This document shows, piece by piece, positions 51,949 to 61,572 of a DNA stretch of 64,000 nucleotides (the first letter of the stretch is position 1; the number at the start of each line of letters is the position of its first letter). The stretch covers positions 256,001-320,000 of the forward strand of contig CAVVLJ010000017.1 in assembly GCA_963749075.1 (NCBI GenBank), given 5' to 3'. The notes under the pieces are model-generated. The model ran no database searches. It was not told the origin of the DNA and worked only from the letters and a program-made list of their open reading frames with translations. The stretch is from an uncultured Pseudomonadota bacterium. GTDB lineage: Bacteria > Pseudomonadota > Alphaproteobacteria > JACZXZ01. The position numbers and the translations under genes were made by a program.

Positions 51949-53084
51949 CGCGCTGGACTGAGGCCACGGGTTCATTCCCCTTGCGCCCACGCTTCAAGCT
52001 CGCCCTCATGTGGACGGCGCTCGCGGCCATCCCGCTCCTCGCGGCGGTCGCCCTGGTGCTCGGCTATTACGCCTTTGCCAAGCTCACCTATGGCGCCTAT
52101 GCCTGCGGCTCCTTCGCCAAGCTCGACGGCGAGCTCGGCTGGGTGCTCAAGCCTTCGGCCTCGAGCTGCCTCGGCGGCCACGACGCATTCTCGCCGGGCC
52201 CGCCCTGGTTCGAGGTCCCGGTTGCCACGGACGCGAGCGGCTTCCGCGCCTTTCTGCCGGGCGGCGAGACGCCCACGGGCGGCATCATGGCGGTCGGCGA
52301 TTCCTACACCTTCGGCTACGGCGTCCCCTTCGAGGAGAGCTATCCCGGCCTCCTCCAGGCCGCGACCGGCGTCTCCGTCGTCGACGTGGCGAGCCCGGCC
52401 TACAGCTCGGCCCAAGCCCTGCTGCTCGCCGAGCGCTCTCTCGCCAAGCTGCGGCCGCGGGCGATCGTCTATCTCGAGATGGGCCAGTGGAGCCGCGACG
52501 CCTGCCGCGGGGCAAGCCGGCCTCAGGCCATCCTCAAGCCCTGCTACTGGCAGCCCCCGGGCAGCGCCGAGGCGGAGCTCGTGCTGCCGCCCGCAGGATT
52601 GGTGCAGCGCTGGGCCGCATGGGGTGTGCTTCCCGGCGGCATGATCGGCGCCGGGGAGATCAGCTGGGACTACTTCCTCGTGTCGCGGCCGGTGTTGCAA
52701 GTGGTGATGGCGCTGGCCCGCTTCGGCATGATGCCGGGCTTCGCCCACGACTTCGCCGCGGTCGGCGTCGACGGGGCGGCGATGCGCGGCGCCGCCGTCC
52801 GCCAGCTCGGCGTTCTCGCGGCCGACGCCAAGGTGCCGGTCATCCTGCTCGACCCCGGGGACGCCTTGCCGCCCGAGATGCTGGACAAGCTGCCGCCCGC
52901 GGAGCGCGGCTTCATCCATCGCATCGGCAAGGCGCTTTGGGACGTAGCGGTGGCGCTGCCCGCGGCCTCGCTGCCGCCCGAGCAGCAGCACCCGCCCCAC
53001 GACGACCATTTCGGCCCCGGCACCAACCGCCTCATCGCGGCGCTGCTTGCGAAGGAGCTCCGCGCGCTCGGCGTCGTCCAGTAG
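51942..53084 (+). CDS. Membrane-anchored SGNH/GDSL-like protein
   Basis: N-terminal TM helix, D..GFR, GDSYTFG block I, DDH near C-terminus. Confidence 0.7.
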   Translation: MLARWTEATGSFPLRPRFKLALMWTALAAIPLLAAVALVLGYYAFAKLTYGAYACGSFAKLDGELGWVLKPSASSCLGGHDAFSPGPPWFEVPVATDASGFRAFLPGGETPTGGIMAVGDSYTFGYGVPFEESYPGLLQAATGVSVVDVASPAYSSAQALLLAERSLAKLRPRAIVYLEMGQWSRDACRGASRPQAILKPCYWQPPGSAEAELVLPPAGLVQRWAAWGVLPGGMIGAGEISWDYFLVSRPVLQVVMALARFGMMPGFAHDFAAVGVDGAAMRGAAVRQLGVLAADAKVPVILLDPGDALPPEMLDKLPPAERGFIHRIGKALWDVAVALPAASLPPEQQHPPHDDHFGPGTNRLIAALLAKELRALGVVQ

Positions 53085-53097
53085 AGCGCGCCACCGA

Positions 53098-53679
53098 TTA
53101 CGCAGCAGCGGCAGCCCCGGCGCCGAGCCGCTTGGCCAGGGCTGCCACCCGCGCGCCGAGACGCTCGGCCGTCTTGAGGTCGCTCTCCCGCATGCCCTCG
53201 AGCCCCTGGTCCGCATTGGACTGCGCCATGGCGCCGATGAAGCTGCCGAGGCGGTTGAGGTCGTCGAGGCTGCCCTTGGAGTGGTTGTTGCCCGGAAGGA
53301 GATCGAGCCCGACCCAGATCATGCCGTGCTGGGCCGCGAAGACCGCGAGCTGCACGAGCGTCGAGAGCTTGTCGCCGCTCTGGGAGGCCGAGTTGGTGAA
53401 GCCCGCCGCGAGCTTGTCCTTCCATTGCTGCCCGGCCCAGCGTTTCGACGACCACTCCATGAAGGCTTTGAAGGGTGCGGAGGCGCTGCCCATGTACGTG
53501 GGAGCGCCGAAGATCAGCGCATCCGCATTGTCGAGCACCGCCACCCGTGCCTCGGCCTCCTCCACCGAGACCAGCGTCGCGTCGCTGCCCGGCACGGAAC
53601 GCGCGCCCGCGAGCACCGCCTCGGCGAGCGCCTTGGTGTGCCCGTAACCGCTGTGATAGACCACTGCCACGCTTGCCAT
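53098..53679 (-). CDS. WrbA-like flavodoxin family protein
   Basis: VYHSGYGHT, FGAPTYMG, FTNSASQSGDK. Confidence 0.92.
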   Translation of the reverse strand: MASVAVVYHSGYGHTKALAEAVLAGARSVPGSDATLVSVEEAEARVAVLDNADALIFGAPTYMGSASAPFKAFMEWSSKRWAGQQWKDKLAAGFTNSASQSGDKLSTLVQLAVFAAQHGMIWVGLDLLPGNNHSKGSLDDLNRLGSFIGAMAQSNADQGLEGMRESDLKTAERLGARVAALAKRLGAGAAAAA

Positions 53680-53748
53680 CGTCTGCTCCTCTCATCCTGC
53701 CGCGCCGGCGGCCGTGGGCCGCAACGGGCCTTGGGTTTCGTTTTTCCT

Positions 53749-53826
53749 GTTACTTTCGCAAAGTAACTCCGATAATTGGTGACACGGGAGATAGCTATTG
53801 TAAAGTAGGTACCTTTTAGATACTTA
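53749..53826. promoter_or_regulatory. Operator-like palindrome(s) in AT-rich divergent promoter region
   Basis: Perfect IR GTTACTTT-CGC-AAAGTAAC (53749-53767) and a related AAGTAGGTACCTTTT..ATACTT stretch between flavodoxin and HxlR genes. Confidence 0.6.
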
Positions 53827-53897
53827 TGTACTATGAGGGAAGATGCCAGGCGCCGATGGCCGGCGAGACGCTCCGCCCGCGCTGCGAGGAGGGAACC

Positions 53898-54269
53898 ATG
53901 ACGCCCAAATCCAAGATCGGCACTTGTCCCATGGACAGCGTGCTGCGCACGCTGATGGGGCCGTGGACGACTTACATCCTCTGGGTCCTCCGCTCAGAGG
54001 GTCCGCAGCGCTTCGGCGCGCTCAAGCGCAAGGTGGCGGGCGTCTCCGCCAAGGTGCTGACCGAGCGGCTGCGCGGGCTCGAGAGCGCCGGGCTGATCGC
54101 CCGCCACTACGAGCCGACCATTCCGCCCCAGGTGACCTATTCGCTGGCCGAGCGCGGCCGCGAGCTCTCGCCCATCCTCGACGCCATCAACGGCCTCGCG
54201 CTCAAATGGGCCGGAGCAGAGGGCGGCCACGCCGCAGAGGTGCCGCCGCGAAGGAATGCGGCGGAGTAG
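53898..54269 (+). CDS. HxlR family transcriptional regulator
   Basis: CPM, WT..IL, RFGAL, S.KVLTERL..LE, PPQVTYSL. Confidence 0.92.
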   Translation: MTPKSKIGTCPMDSVLRTLMGPWTTYILWVLRSEGPQRFGALKRKVAGVSAKVLTERLRGLESAGLIARHYEPTIPPQVTYSLAERGRELSPILDAINGLALKWAGAEGGHAAEVPPRRNAAE

Positions 54270-54308
54270 GCGGTTTGCCGAAGCGGGGTGCCGCGGACGC
54301 AGTCCGGC

Positions 54309-56165
54309 TCAGGCCGCGGCGGGCGCCGGCCTCAAGAGGGCCTCGTCGAACTGCAGCGCCGCGAGGCGCGCGTAGAGCCCGCCCGCACGGACGAGCTCCT
54401 CGTGGCGGCCTTCGGCCACGATGTGCCCGCCCTCCATGACCGCGATGCGATCGCATTTGAGCACGGTGGCCAGGCGGTGCGCGATGATGAGCGTGGTGCG
54501 TCGGGCCATGAGCAGCTCGAGCGCCTGCTGCACGAGCCGCTCGCTCTCCGCGTCGAGCGCACTCGTCGCCTCGTCGAGGAGGAGGACCGTGGGATCGCGC
54601 AGGACCGCGCGCGCGATGGCGATGCGCTGGCGCTGGCCGCCCGAGAGGCGCACGCCGCGCTCGCCGAGCTGGCTCGCGAAGCCCTGGGGCAGGCGGTCGA
54701 GGAACTCGCTGGCCGCGGCGGCATCGGCCGCCTTGCGCACCTCGAGATCGCTCGCCTCCGGGCGGCCGTAGCGGATGTTCTCCCAGGCGTTGGCCGCGAA
54801 GATGACCGGATCCTGCGGCACGAGGCCGATGCGCGCGCGCGCCGCCGCCGGCTCGACCTCGCGCAAGTCGACGCCGTCGAGGCAGAGGCGGCCCCTCTGC
54901 GGGTCGTAGAAGCGCAGCAGGAGCTGGAAGACCGTGGTCTTGCCGGCGCCCGACGGCCCCACCAGCGCCACCTTCTCGCCGGGCGCTATGCCGAGCGAGA
55001 AGCTCTCGAGCGCCGATTGCTCGGGCCGCGTGGGGTAGTGGAACGTCACCTCCTCGAAGGCGACTTCGCCGCGCGGCGGCACCGGCAAGCGCTTGGGCGC
55101 CGCGGGTGCCGTGATCTGCGGCTTGGTCGCGAGCAGCTCGAAGAGCCGCTCGCTCGCCCCCGCCGCGCGCTGCAGGTCGGTCATGAACTCGCTGATGGTG
55201 CCGACCGAGGCCGCCACCACGATGGCATAGAAGACGAACGCCGAGAGCTGGCCGCTGGTGAGCCGGCCGGCGATCATGTCGTTGCCGCCGACCCACAGGA
55301 TGATGCCGACGGCGCCGAAGGCGAGCACGATGACGAGGCCGACGAGGAAGGAGCGCACGCGGATGCGCTGCGCCGCGGCCGCGAAGGCCTCCTCGGCGCG
55401 CGCGCCGAAGCGCTCGCGGTCGAGCGCCTCGTGGCCGAAGGCCTGCACGGTGCGGATGGCGCCGAGCGATTCTCCCGCATAGGCGCCCACCTCGGCGATG
55501 CCCTCCTGGCTCGCGCGCGCGAGCCGCCGCACGCGCCGGCCGACGAGGACGATCGGCACGACCACGAACGGCACCACGAGGAGGACGAGCCCGGTGAGCT
55601 TGGGGCTCGTCACCAGCATCATGGCGAGGCCGCCGGCCACCATGAGGGCGTTGCGCAAGGCCGTCGAGGCCGAGGAGCCGACCACGGTCTGGATGAGGGA
55701 GGTGTCCGCGATGAGGCGCGAGACCACCTCGCCGGTGCGCGTCGCCTCGAAGAAGGCCGGGCTCAAGCCGAGCATATGGTCGTAGACGGTGCGGCGGATG
55801 TCGGTCGCCGCCCGCTCGCCGATCCAATTGACGAAATAGTTGCGGCCGTAGGTGGCGAAGCCCATCACCGCGATGACGAGAAGGAGAAGAAGGAGTGCCT
55901 GGTCGAGCGTGGCGGCGGTGCCGCTGGCAAAGCCGGTGTCGACGAGCCAGCGCAGGCCCGCGCCGAAGAGCAGCACCGTGCCTGCCGAGGCGAGAAGCGA
56001 GGCGCTCGCCGCGGCGAATTGGCGGCGGTAGGGCCGCACGAAGGGAAGGATCAGCTTGAGGTAGCGAAGCTCGCCCGTCCTCTGACGATCCGCACCTTGA
56101 GCCTTGCCCACGCCGTCCGCGGGCGCTGCGACAGCGCCTGCCGACTCGACCGTCACCGCAGCCAT
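54309..56165 (-). CDS. Type IV ABC exporter (fused permease/ATPase, MsbA-like)
   Basis: Six TM segments, GPSGAGKT, LSGGQRQR, LDEATSALD. Confidence 0.93.
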   Translation of the reverse strand: MAAVTVESAGAVAAPADGVGKAQGADRQRTGELRYLKLILPFVRPYRRQFAAASASLLASAGTVLLFGAGLRWLVDTGFASGTAATLDQALLLLLLVIAVMGFATYGRNYFVNWIGERAATDIRRTVYDHMLGLSPAFFEATRTGEVVSRLIADTSLIQTVVGSSASTALRNALMVAGGLAMMLVTSPKLTGLVLLVVPFVVVPIVLVGRRVRRLARASQEGIAEVGAYAGESLGAIRTVQAFGHEALDRERFGARAEEAFAAAAQRIRVRSFLVGLVIVLAFGAVGIILWVGGNDMIAGRLTSGQLSAFVFYAIVVAASVGTISEFMTDLQRAAGASERLFELLATKPQITAPAAPKRLPVPPRGEVAFEEVTFHYPTRPEQSALESFSLGIAPGEKVALVGPSGAGKTTVFQLLLRFYDPQRGRLCLDGVDLREVEPAAARARIGLVPQDPVIFAANAWENIRYGRPEASDLEVRKAADAAAASEFLDRLPQGFASQLGERGVRLSGGQRQRIAIARAVLRDPTVLLLDEATSALDAESERLVQQALELLMARRTTLIIAHRLATVLKCDRIAVMEGGHIVAEGRHEELVRAGGLYARLAALQFDEALLRPAPAAA

Positions 56166-56404
56166 CCGATCCTTTCCCGCCCGATTTTATCGTGCCCGAT
56201 TCATTCGCACGTGCCGCCTCGCCCGCGCGGGCGGCTTTGTTCTCCCCCTGCACTCTCCGCATGGCATGCCACCGAGCGGACGCCGCGCGGGAAGCCTCCC
56301 GGTCCCCCCTCGGGCCGGCCCTTCAGCCGGATTCCCGATTCTGCTATGCTTCCTCGCTTTGGCGCCGGATCGTCCGGCCCGCCAGGCTCGCAATGCGGCC
56401 CGCC

Positions 56405-57007
56405 ATGCCCGATTCGCGTCCCATCGCCACGCTCGAGCCGCACGAATTGTGGCAGATATTGTCGCAATTGAAACCGAACGTCTACGAATTCGTGCACGGC
56501 AAGCAGAAGCTCGGGGTGCGCAAGAAGGGCAGCTTCATGATGCGGCACTTCCGCACCGTGGCGGAGCTCGAGGACTTCATCAAATCGGCGGAGAAGAACC
56601 CGGCCCGCGCCGCCGAGGATGCTGCGGTGCTTGCGGCAGCGCCGGAGCCGCCGCCGCCGCGGGAGGACGTCTCCAAGGCCCTCTGGGCGCTGCGCGAGCA
56701 GATCCGCCGGCTCGAGGAGATCAACGACGAGCTCAGGGCCAAGGGCAAGAAGGTCGTCGCCGACCGCGACAATTGGGAGCGGCGCGCCAAGGAGCTCGAG
56801 AAGGAGATCGCGGGCCTGCGCACAGCGGCAAGGCGGGCGCAGAGCGGCCCGGCGTCGGCCAACCAGAAGATCAAGCGGGTCAAGGTCGCCTTCGCCAAGC
56901 TCTGCCACCCGAACAATATCCGCGCCGCCGGCTACGAGGCCTCGATCCGCGCCGAGATCTTCAAGGAGTTCTGGGAGCAGCTCGAGAGGATCGAGGCGGA
57001 CACGTGA
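56405..57007 (+). CDS. Coiled-coil protein with degenerate C-terminal J-like domain
   Basis: Heptad-rich middle; IKRVKVAFAKLCHPNN...AEIFKE. Confidence 0.6.
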   Translation: MPDSRPIATLEPHELWQILSQLKPNVYEFVHGKQKLGVRKKGSFMMRHFRTVAELEDFIKSAEKNPARAAEDAAVLAAAPEPPPPREDVSKALWALREQIRRLEEINDELRAKGKKVVADRDNWERRAKELEKEIAGLRTAARRAQSGPASANQKIKRVKVAFAKLCHPNNIRAAGYEASIRAEIFKEFWEQLERIEADT

Positions 57008-57033
57008 GCGCCGCGGCCCGGCGCCATGGCACC

Positions 57034-58014
57034 ATGCAAAACGCCATTCCGGTCATCGACCTGGCGCCGGCGCTCGCCGGATCGGAGGCGGCGAGACGCG
57101 CGGCCGCCAAGACGATCGACCGCACCTGCCGGGAGATCGGCTTCTTCACCATCACCGGCCACGGCGTCCCGCAAGCGCTTGCCCAGGAGCTGCGCGAGAA
57201 GGCGCGTGCCTTCTTCGCCCTCCCGCTCGCGGAGAAGTGCTGCGCGATCCACCCCGAGCCGCGCACGCCGCGCGGCTACCGGGCACTCGGGATGGAGGCC
57301 CTCGCCTACGGCAATGCGCGGCCGACCCCGCCGGACCTCAAGGAATATTACCATTTCGGCCGCGAGCGCTGGCCGGACGAGCCCTACTACAACGAGGGCG
57401 AGGGGCGCCGTTACTTCATCCCGAACCTGTGGCCGGTGCTGCCCGCCGGCTTCGCCGCGGCCGCCGAGCGCTACTATGCGGCGATGGAGCGCTTGAGCGG
57501 GCTCCTGATGGAGCTCAGCGCACTCGCCCTCGGCCTCGATGCCGGCTTCTTCCGCGACAAGATCGACCGCCACATCACCGCCATGCGGCTCAACTTCTAT
57601 CCGGCGCTGACCGCGGAACCCGCACCCGGCCAGCTGCGCGCGGGCGAGCATACGGATTACGGCCTCCTCACCATCTTGAACGGCGAGAACGCGCCCGGCG
57701 GCCTCCAGCTCGAGACCCGCGGCGGCGAGTGGCTCGACGTCGAGACCGAGCCCGAGACCTTCGTGGTCAACATCGGCGATCTCCTGATGCGCTGGACGAA
57801 CGACCGCTGGGTGTCGAACAGCCACCGGGTGGCCAATCCGCCGCAGGGCGAAGCCTGCGCCACGAGCCGCCTCTCGATCGCCTTCTTCCACCATCCCAAT
57901 TACGACGCGCTGATCGAATGCATAGCACCCGCTGGCGAGGCCAAATACCCGCCCGTGCGCTCGGGCGCCTACCGCGACCTCAAATACCGCCAGACCCGGC
58001 TCGTGGCCGATTGA
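57034..58014 (+). CDS. IPNS-like 2OG-Fe(II) oxygenase
   Basis: IPVIDL, GFF.I.GHGV, NLWP, HTDYG.LTIL, VNIGD, HRV, RLSIAFF. Confidence 0.92.
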   Translation: MQNAIPVIDLAPALAGSEAARRAAAKTIDRTCREIGFFTITGHGVPQALAQELREKARAFFALPLAEKCCAIHPEPRTPRGYRALGMEALAYGNARPTPPDLKEYYHFGRERWPDEPYYNEGEGRRYFIPNLWPVLPAGFAAAAERYYAAMERLSGLLMELSALALGLDAGFFRDKIDRHITAMRLNFYPALTAEPAPGQLRAGEHTDYGLLTILNGENAPGGLQLETRGGEWLDVETEPETFVVNIGDLLMRWTNDRWVSNSHRVANPPQGEACATSRLSIAFFHHPNYDALIECIAPAGEAKYPPVRSGAYRDLKYRQTRLVAD

Positions 58015-58047
58015 GGCGCGCGAATAGCGCTCACGGATGCTTTGCCG

Positions 58048-58776
58048 CTAACGGCACTCCGCCTTCGTAATGCCGAACGACACGCGCCGGGCGCCGTCGT
58101 GGAGGCAACCCGCGACCCAATTGCCCGAGTGGACCTCGCCGTTGGCGAAGCGAAGCGTGCCGAAGCCGTTCGCGCGATCGTCCTTCCACTCGCCCTCGTA
58201 GCGGTCGCCGTCCGCCCACAGGAAGACGCCGTGACCGGCCTTGCGGTCATCCTTCCACTCGCCGTCGTAGCGGTCGCCGGCCGCCGTCACCATGACGCCG
58301 TGGCCATTCCGCCGATCGTCCCTGAACTCGCCGTCGTAGCGCGCGCCATCCGCCCATAGGAAGACGCCGCGGCCGTTCTCGCGGTCGTCGCGCAACTCGC
58401 CCTCGTAGCGGTTGCCGTTCGCCGCCACGAGGACGCCATGGCCGCTCATGCGATTGTCCCTGAACTCGCCGTCGTAGCGATTGCCGTTTGCCCATGCGAC
58501 GACGCCGCGGCCGTTCGCTCGGCCGTTGCGCATCTCGCCCTCGTAGCGCTCGGCCGGCTTGCCGTCTTGGTACCATTGCAGCACTCCCTGGCCGCTGGCG
58601 ATGCCGTTCGGGCAGGCCCCGCTCCAGGTGATCGTTTCGCGCGGCTCCGGGATGGCATCCCAGACCCGGCAGCCGTTATTGTCGCCGATCCAGGCCGGCG
58701 CGAGCGGCTTCTGCTGTGCGTCGGCGATGCCGATCTCGCACAAGGCCGCAACGATCCCCATAGCGATCCGCCACAT
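58048..58776 (-). CDS. Exported MORN-repeat protein (paralogue of 24350..25126)
   Basis: Signal peptide, WSGAC..G.A.G.G.LQWY, repeated RYDGEF/W units. Confidence 0.9.
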   Translation of the reverse strand: MWRIAMGIVAALCEIGIADAQQKPLAPAWIGDNNGCRVWDAIPEPRETITWSGACPNGIASGQGVLQWYQDGKPAERYEGEMRNGRANGRGVVAWANGNRYDGEFRDNRMSGHGVLVAANGNRYEGELRDDRENGRGVFLWADGARYDGEFRDDRRNGHGVMVTAAGDRYDGEWKDDRKAGHGVFLWADGDRYEGEWKDDRANGFGTLRFANGEVHSGNWVAGCLHDGARRVSFGITKAECR

Positions 58777-58968
58777 GTCCCTCTTCCCGACCGCCTTTTC
58801 CTGGCCGCCTCGCCCTGAACGGCGCGCCGCGATGCGTAATCGTCGGCCCACTCCGAAGGTCGGATAGTCTAACCCCGGCTTGAGGGCCTTTCAAAAACTC
58901 CGATCGGGATGGCCGGCCCGTGACGGCAGTCACTGACGCTCGTTTCGCCGTGCGCTAAAAGAGCCGCC

Positions 58969-59706
58969 ATGAGCAAAGGAGGAAAAGCCATGCCGGCGCA
59001 AATTTCCCAGCTCGCTTCCAGTCTCGCCCACCGATCCGATGGCGGCCATAGGCTCGCATGCTTCGCGGCCAGGCCTGCCACGAAGCTCAGCCGCCGGACG
59101 TTCTTGACCATTGCGGCCTCAGCCGCATTGCCCATGGCACTGGCCCCGCGCGGGGCGAGGGCCGAGGACTTGACGGACGAGGCCGCCGCTTTCGTCACGC
59201 AGGTCGTAGCCCGCGCGTTCGAGATCCTGCAAAACAAGTCGCTCAGCAGAGAGGCGCGGATCGAGGCCCTCAAGGGGCTGTTCCTCGAGCGCTTCGACGT
59301 GCGCGCGATGAGCCTCTTCGCCCTCGGCAATTATGCCGGGAGGGCCATGGGGGCCCAGCGCGACGCCTACGTCGAGGCCTTCAAGGACTACATGATCCAG
59401 CACTATTTCGGGCGCCTGGAAGCGGTCGGCGACACCTTCTCGATCGGCAGGGCCTCGCCGGACGGCGAGAATATCGTCTGGGTGACGAGCGGGATCGGCT
59501 CGCGCGGCGGCAAGCCCTACAGGGTCGAATGGCGGGTCCGCAAAGAGGACGACGGCCTCAAGATCTTCAACGTCATCCTCGAGGGCTCGAGCCTCTTGTG
59601 GGTGCAGCGCACCGACTTCGCGTCGGTCCTGCAGAGCAACAACGGCAACGTGACGCGCCTGACCGAGCTCATGCGCATCCAGAAGGTCGGCAAAGAGACT
59701 CCGTGA
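58969..59706 (+). CDS. MlaC/Ttg2D phospholipid-binding protein
   Basis: FDV.AMS.FALG, VEWRV, KIFNVILEG.SL...QRTDF.S. Confidence 0.8.
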   Translation: MSKGGKAMPAQISQLASSLAHRSDGGHRLACFAARPATKLSRRTFLTIAASAALPMALAPRGARAEDLTDEAAAFVTQVVARAFEILQNKSLSREARIEALKGLFLERFDVRAMSLFALGNYAGRAMGAQRDAYVEAFKDYMIQHYFGRLEAVGDTFSIGRASPDGENIVWVTSGIGSRGGKPYRVEWRVRKEDDGLKIFNVILEGSSLLWVQRTDFASVLQSNNGNVTRLTELMRIQKVGKETP

Positions 59707-59736
59707 GCCGGAGGCGGCGGCCGGACAAATGCCGGT

Positions 59737-60183
59737 CTAGCGCGCGGCGGACGAGCGGGTAACACCTCCGCCTGCGGAGAGGGCGCGCTCTCCCGCCCCG
59801 ACGAACTCGAGCCATCCGCCCGCGGCAACGCCCCAGGCGCCGTTGGCGATGAGCGGGACGACGATGCTGAGCGGCCCGCCCGAAAGCCCGAAGAAGCCCA
59901 TGTGCCAGACGTAGGGGAAGAGCACCAGCCAGACGCCCAGCGACGGGCCGATGCCGAAGACGAGCGCGCGCACCAGCCAATGGCTGCGCCAGGGAATGAG
60001 GAAGAGGAAGCCCCACAGGCCGCCCCACACGAGGGCCTGGTAGAGCCACTCCTTGCTCACGACGGGTGCTCCGATGATGCCGATGGCGCCCATCGCCACG
60101 AGCGCCGCCCGATTGAAGAGCGCCCCCAAGGCACCCGCGGAGAACGCCAGCGTCGCTTGCCGCCAAAATGCCCGCTGGAGCAT
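59737..60183 (-). CDS. Hypothetical membrane protein
   Basis: Four hydrophobic segments, LY..LVWGGLWG motif. Confidence 0.75.
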   Translation of the reverse strand: MLQRAFWRQATLAFSAGALGALFNRAALVAMGAIGIIGAPVVSKEWLYQALVWGGLWGFLFLIPWRSHWLVRALVFGIGPSLGVWLVLFPYVWHMGFFGLSGGPLSIVVPLIANGAWGVAAGGWLEFVGAGERALSAGGGVTRSSAAR

Positions 60184-60259
60184 CCTTTGCGTCCTCCGCT
60201 TGATCGCCCTGCCATAGGCCGGCCGGGCCGTCCGCCGGGACTGCGGAGAGCGCCGGCTT

Positions 60260-60874
60260 CTAGCGCGAGTAGAACTCGACGACCAGGTTCGGCTCCATCT
60301 GCACCGGGTAGGGCACGTCGGCGAGCTTGGGGCCGCGCACGAACTTGCCCTGCATCTTCTTGTAGTCGACCTCGAGGTAGTCGGGCACGTCGCGCTCGCC
60401 GAGCACGATCGCCTCGAGCACCATGGGCAGCTCGCGCGACTTCTCCTTGACCTCGACCGTATCGCCGTCCTTGACCTGGTAGGAGGAGATGGTGACGCGG
60501 CGGCCGTTGACGCGCACGTGGCCGTGGCTCACGAACTGGCGCGCGGCGAAGACGGTCGGCACGAACTTCATGCGGTAGATCACCGCATCGAGCCGGCGCT
60601 CGAGGAGCTGGACGAGGTGCTCGCCAGTGTCGCCGCGCCGGCGGATCGCCTCGGCGTAGTAGCGGCGGAACTGGCGCTCGGTGATGTTGCCGTAATAGCC
60701 CTTGAGCTTCTGCTTGGCGGAGAGCTGGATGCCGTAGTCGGAGGGCTTGCGGCGGCGCTGGCCGTGCTGGCCGGGGCCGTATTCGCGCTTGTTGTAGGGG
60801 CTCTTGGGCCGGCCCCACAGATTGACGCCGAGGCGCCGGTTGATCTTGTACTTCGAGCTCGCTCGCTTGCTCAT
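60260..60874 (-). CDS. rpsD: 30S ribosomal protein S4
   Basis: [45 protein letters not shown]. Confidence 0.98.
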   Translation of the reverse strand: MSKRASSKYKINRRLGVNLWGRPKSPYNKREYGPGQHGQRRRKPSDYGIQLSAKQKLKGYYGNITERQFRRYYAEAIRRRGDTGEHLVQLLERRLDAVIYRMKFVPTVFAARQFVSHGHVRVNGRRVTISSYQVKDGDTVEVKEKSRELPMVLEAIVLGERDVPDYLEVDYKKMQGKFVRGPKLADVPYPVQMEPNLVVEFYSR

Positions 60875-60978
60875 CTCGCGTCTCTGTCTGTTATGGTTGT
60901 TGTTGTCCCGGTAGGTCCTGCCTCGGCGCTGGCCGAGCGGACGGGGCCCTGAGCCCGCTTTCCCGGAAAGAACGCGGG

Positions 60979-61006
60979 AGTATAGCGGCCGAAGTCCGGT
61001 TGTCAA
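60979..61006 (-). promoter_or_regulatory. sigma70 promoter of rpsD
   Basis: TTGACA-16 nt-TATACT on minus strand, ~100 nt upstream of ATG. Confidence 0.75.
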
Positions 61007-61055
61007 ACGCTGTTCCGGGGCCGTTCCGGGCCTCGGAGCGGCGCAGCCGCCGTCG

Positions 61056-61572
61056 TCATTCCCGGCCGGAGCGAGGGTCGCTTCCCGCCCGTGCCTTGCC
61101 GTCGTGGCCGCCCAGCACCCGCGGCGGCACCTCGGTCCAGGCGTCCTTCCGGGTCCTCTCGTAGTCCTGGTTCAGCGGGTAATGAATGCGGTTCTCCGGC
61201 TTGGCCGCCTCGCCGACCACCAGGAGGCGGACCTCCGTCGCCGTATTGTTGAGAAACGTGTGGCAAATCCCGGTGCCGGCCGGAAAGCCGACCGCGTCGC
61301 CGGGGGCAAGGCGATAGAGCGTTCCATCGATCCAGAACGTCGGGAGCCCCCTCCAACACATAGACGAATTCCTCCTCGGCACTTTCCGCGTGGGGATAGG
61401 ACGTCCGCCGCCCGGGCAAGAGCCGCTCATGGTGGATGCCGATACGGGTCAGACCGAGGCGGCGGCCGAGCGGGGCACCGATCGAGTGCAGCTCGGCATC
61501 GCCCGGATAGTGGTTGTCATCGGCGCCTTCGAGCTCGCGCCAGTGCCGGATGAAACTCGGCCGCTCCGTCAT
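61056..61572 (-). CDS. Cupin domain protein with one +1 frameshift (~61337)
   Basis: [32 protein letters not shown], continuing in next frame WIDG...[12 protein letters not shown]. Confidence 0.85.

Noticed and set aside
58969-59160. Twin-arginine-like SRRTFL motif in MlaC
   Set aside because: RR-containing leaders seem common in alphaproteobacterial MlaC and the start codon is uncertain
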